Assembly: GCA_001938485.1 (NCBI GenBank)
Contig: MQRK01237544.1
Span: 1 to 50,979, forward strand
Reading direction: 5' to 3'
DNA: 50,979 nucleotides
DNA from: Girardia tigrina
Lineage: Eukaryota
The position numbers and the translations under genes were made by a program. Shown one piece after another: positions 47,080-50,979 of this stretch. The number at the start of each line of letters is the position of its first letter. Positions within the stretch are counted from its first letter, which is position 1. The notes under the pieces are model-generated. The model had not been told where the DNA came from. It saw only the letters and a list, made by a program, of their open reading frames with translations, and did no database searches.

Positions 47080-50075
47080 GAGCGCCTTCCATGAATTATG
47101 TCCTTGTGGTTCGCGTAATCCAATATTTGTTATATATTATTGTCACAAAATTGTCTTTCAGCATCCGTTTATTTGTTCTTCCCATTCTTATATATTCTCT
47201 TATCTGATTTATTTCGTCATTATCTTTCTGCCATTTGAACTCTTTTGATTCTTTGTCTAAAGCCAAGATTCGTGTTTTAATCTTTTTTTTCTTAGCTTCT
47301 TCGTGCATTGACTACATAATTCATAAGAATTTCTCTGCTTTTTCCCACCTTTTCGATATTCCATTCTCATATCCAGACTACTAAGAAAATTTATCCACGT
47401 TTGAAATGGCAGTGTTATTGGGTTTTCGTATTCAGCATAAAGGTAATAGCTTTACGATCAGTTCTTAGTAAAAATCTTTTGCCGTATAAGCGTTTAAAAT
47501 TTTGCGTAAAATAATAAATTGCTAGCAGCTCTTTCCTCGTAACACAATATCTAAGCTCGTGTTTGTTCATTTTATATGATTCATACGCGATCACTCTCTC
47601 TCTGCCATACGTGTCCTTCTGTAATAATACTGCCCCGATTGTATCGAAGCTTGCATCCGTATCCAGCATAAACTCCTTCTCAAAATCTTTATACGCTAGT
47701 ATCGGGGTGTCAATCATTTTTTCTTTCAATTTTCGAAAAGCTTTCTCGAATTCTGCAGTCCATATTATCTTGTTGTCTTTATTCTTACCACACAAACTCT
47801 CTAATACTTTTTGATTATTTTGCGTAATCTTTTAAAAATTTTCTGTAGTAATTTGTCAGATCCAAGAAACTTTTCAAATGTTTAATACATGATGGGTTCT
47901 TAAATTTTTTAATGGCCTCAATCTTTGTTTGATCAGTTTCTATACAATTTTTACTGTCAATATATCCTAAAAATTTGTTCTTTCTTTTAAAAATTGGCAC
48001 TTTTCAAAATTATTTCTTAAACCTGCTTCCTTAATTATTTCCAGTACATGTTTTATTCATTGCATATGCTCTTCCTAATTTTGTTTCAAAAATCAAAATA
48101 TCGTCCAAATATACTAATGCCTCTTTCCAATTCAAGTCTCCTAGAATTTTGACCATTAGCTCTTGGAAAGTTGCTGGGACTGCTGCTGTCCCGAAAGGCA
48201 TTCTTTTGAAACAATACTGACCGTTCTTTGTTGAGAATGCTGTTTTAATCTTTAATTTTTCTTCTAACTCGACTTGGTAGTACGCGTTTCCAAGATCGAT
48301 TTTACTAAATACGCACACCATTCAGTGTGTTCAGCATATCATCTACATTCGGTATAGGAAATGCTGGTCTGATGGTAATTCTATTTAACTGGCGGAAGTC
48401 TACACACATTCGAATATCTTGATTTTTTTATAGAGTTAAGAGTAGGTTGCGGTATCCCGTATATTAATAGAAAATTAATGGGGATCTACACTTTTCGATT
48501 ATGTCATTTTCTTCGAAATTTTTAATAACATCATCCAATTTTTCCTTAAAGTGTCTTGGTTGCCGATAAGGCTGTACTAGTATTGGATCCATATGTGCTT
48601 CTATTCTGTGTTTTGTCAATGATGTTTTCCAGATATCCCACTTATCGGCTATGAATACTGATTTAGAATCTGTTAGAGTCTTCAGTTATTGCTCGTCAAT
48701 TTTCTTGTTAAATATTTACATTATTCTTTTTAATCTGTCCTCATCTGATGGGTTGTCTCTAATCACAAATATTTCCCAACCTCGAGGTATCTGTCTTTTC
48801 AGTTTTATTCCGAATTTATCAAAGAAATCTATACCTGCAAACATTTCGGGGTCTAGTTCTTTGACCAGATAAAACTCTATTAACTGGCTGTGTTCCCTCA
48901 ATAATCACCTTCAATTGAACGATTCTATAATTGATCAGTTCTGAATCATTTGCGCAATGAATAAGTTTTTTCGTTTCTCTAATTTTAATATCTGTCATAT
49001 TTTTAATTATATTTACTCTGGCTCCGGTGTACAAAAGGAAATGAACTTTTCTTTCTTTCACGAAAAAATCCACACTTGGATCTCTCTTCAATTCTTTATA
49101 ATTTATTCTTAAACTTTGATACCTTCAATATTTTCGTTTTACCATTTAGTTTCTTATCATATTGAGTTTTCATACTTTTACACTGTTCTCGATTTCCAAA
49201 TTGTTCAAGTTCAAGTTCACAAATCTCTCGAGGAATATTTTCATACGTAAAATCAAACATACAATGAAACATACATTTACATTGATTTTCTAATGAAGCA
49301 CACTGATCACCTCTCCATGTGATCGTGCGACCTCGTTTCCCTGTTCGTCTCCGAATCTTCTTTTACATTTAAGATAATCTCTTGTTGCAAACTCTTCTTT
49401 CCTATCAGACATTTCCGAACTCCTGTCCATTTCATTATCCTTGTATTTTAACTCCGCTAAATGTTGTTTCTTATTCATATATCCCGGTCGTTCATTATAT
49501 CTTTAATTAGAATAATCTCTCCTCTTATTCCAACGATTACTATTATTGTCCCATTTCCGCTGGTCACGTTCTTTAAACCTATTTGAGTTTTCATAACATT
49601 GTGTTTGCAGATTTCCTCTTCTTTGACAATGGTTATACTGAACGTTTGGACATTCTCTTCGAACATAACCTTTCTCATGACATGTGCAACAAATAATTTT
49701 TTAATTTTAAAATTTCGACTTTTACCTTCTCTCTTTACTTTTTCGTTCCGTGGTTTTGCTGTTCTTCTTTTATTCTCTACAGTTTTCCAATCGTTTTCTT
49801 TCCTTGTATTATATATTGCTATCGGTGAATTTCTTTTCTTTTTACCGTATTTATACATCCTCATTAGTATGTTTTTAATCTTCTCTGCCTTTATTATACC
49901 TCGAATCGCTATCTCTTGATCAACGTTATCATCATCAATCATATTAGCATAGACCAAGTTTGATAGTTCTTTCTTAACAAACTTTTTCTCCACTAGTCTT
50001 TCGATTATCTCATCTGCTTTGCGAAACGTAATAGACGGATTACCGCAACCTACTCTTAACTCTATAATATTGTTG
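47080..50075 (-). mobile_element. Decayed Gypsy gag-pol, same family as 6024-10735
   Basis: Collinear homology: EQGNEVARSHGEVISVL, KTAFSTKNGQYCFKRMPFG, YLDD, LDTDASFDTIGAVL and KIKTRILALDKESKE. Confidence 0.92.
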
Positions 50076-50979
50076 AGGTCTTGTGTAAAAAAAAGTTCTG
50101 TCACGACCCATTTTTTGTTGTAACAACTTTGCGCGCTCAGAGCCCCCAGTGACTGTTAAGGGTCAGCCACAACCCGGTTTCAGTCTATGCTATTTTACTA
50201 ACTGTTTTATCACTCATTTAAACATTAAACTTATCTATGGGTCGGACGCCTCTNNNNNNNNNNNNNNNNNNNNNNNNNNNNNNNNNNNNNNNNNNNNNNN
50301 NNNNNNNNNNNNNNNNGATGGGCTATGGGCCCCCCACCTAGCGGAGTGTCGCTCGGGGATGATTTTCCTTCTTAATTATAATCGAATGTCTGAACTCCTA
50401 AGATGAATAAATCGCATTTATCTGTATCAACAAATTCTATAAAATAGATTACGTTCGCTTGTCTCTCGAGGTTTTAACGCTAATTTAATTATGGGCTTAT
50501 GTTAAAATTATCTTTGTCTTAACTAGTGAAATCTGCTAAACCACAAATATAATCGTTACCCGTCTTAACTCCTAAAAAGCGCCCTCAAGTGGATCATCAA
50601 CAACAGCGCTAAATAAATTCTATAANNNNNNNNNNNNNNNNNNNNNNNNNNNNNNNNNNNNNNNNNNNNNNNNNNNNNNNNNNNNNNNNNNNNNNNNNNN
50701 NNNNNNNNNNNNNNNNNNNNNNNNNNNNNNNNNNNNNNNNNNNNNNNNNNNNNNNNCTTCATAACACTAAGTTACAGGGTCGTTGTTTCATAAAAATTAA
50801 ATTATTGCTCTTGAACATTACTCCTAATCGCTAAATTTCGTAAAATCAAATCTGCTCGAAATACAAATGTTCCCCTTACCCAAAACGCGCTTAAAAGTTT
50901 TGTCGGAGCAAACCATTTATAAGACTCCCCATATTAGTAATTTGATCGTAACATTCAATTCAATATAGATATATATATA

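Noticed and set aside
50076-50979. Possible element end or structured RNA at the window edge
   Set aside because: Broken by N gaps, with no recognisable terminus pair, ORF or RNA family motif.

Overview
AT-rich eukaryotic scaffold with several N-gaps. It is metazoan, judged from LIM-homeobox-type, ephexin-type and PDZ fragments and 39-53 bp introns. The window is a dense transposon graveyard with almost no intact host genes. It holds at least three LTR-retrotransposon lineages (Ty3/Gypsy-like and BEL/Pao), a REL-endonuclease non-LTR element (R2/NeSL-like), mariner, Tc1, pogo/Tigger and hAT elements, and solo LTRs. Four observations stand out. (1) A structurally complete LTR element (32012-35850, TSD TATAA, LTRs 118/119 identical) has a primer-binding site that is not TGG-type but is the exact complement of nucleotides 1-12 of tRNA-Lys(UUU), which suggests priming by a 5' tRNA fragment. 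(2) A BEL/Pao element is split into collinear pieces and interleaved with intronless, partly in-frame-fused host-gene fragments (PDZ-Ubl-kinase, Rab24-BIG/Sec7, Sec22-[TTAGGG]-Hsp90-ubiquitin), with diverged inverted repeats upstream of the two outer chimeras. (3) That BEL element has CCCH zinc fingers where CCHC knuckles are expected. (4) A Gypsy family has TG...TA LTRs whose gag frame starts inside the LTR and reads through the PBS. All family assignments come from motif recognition by eye; no database searches were run.
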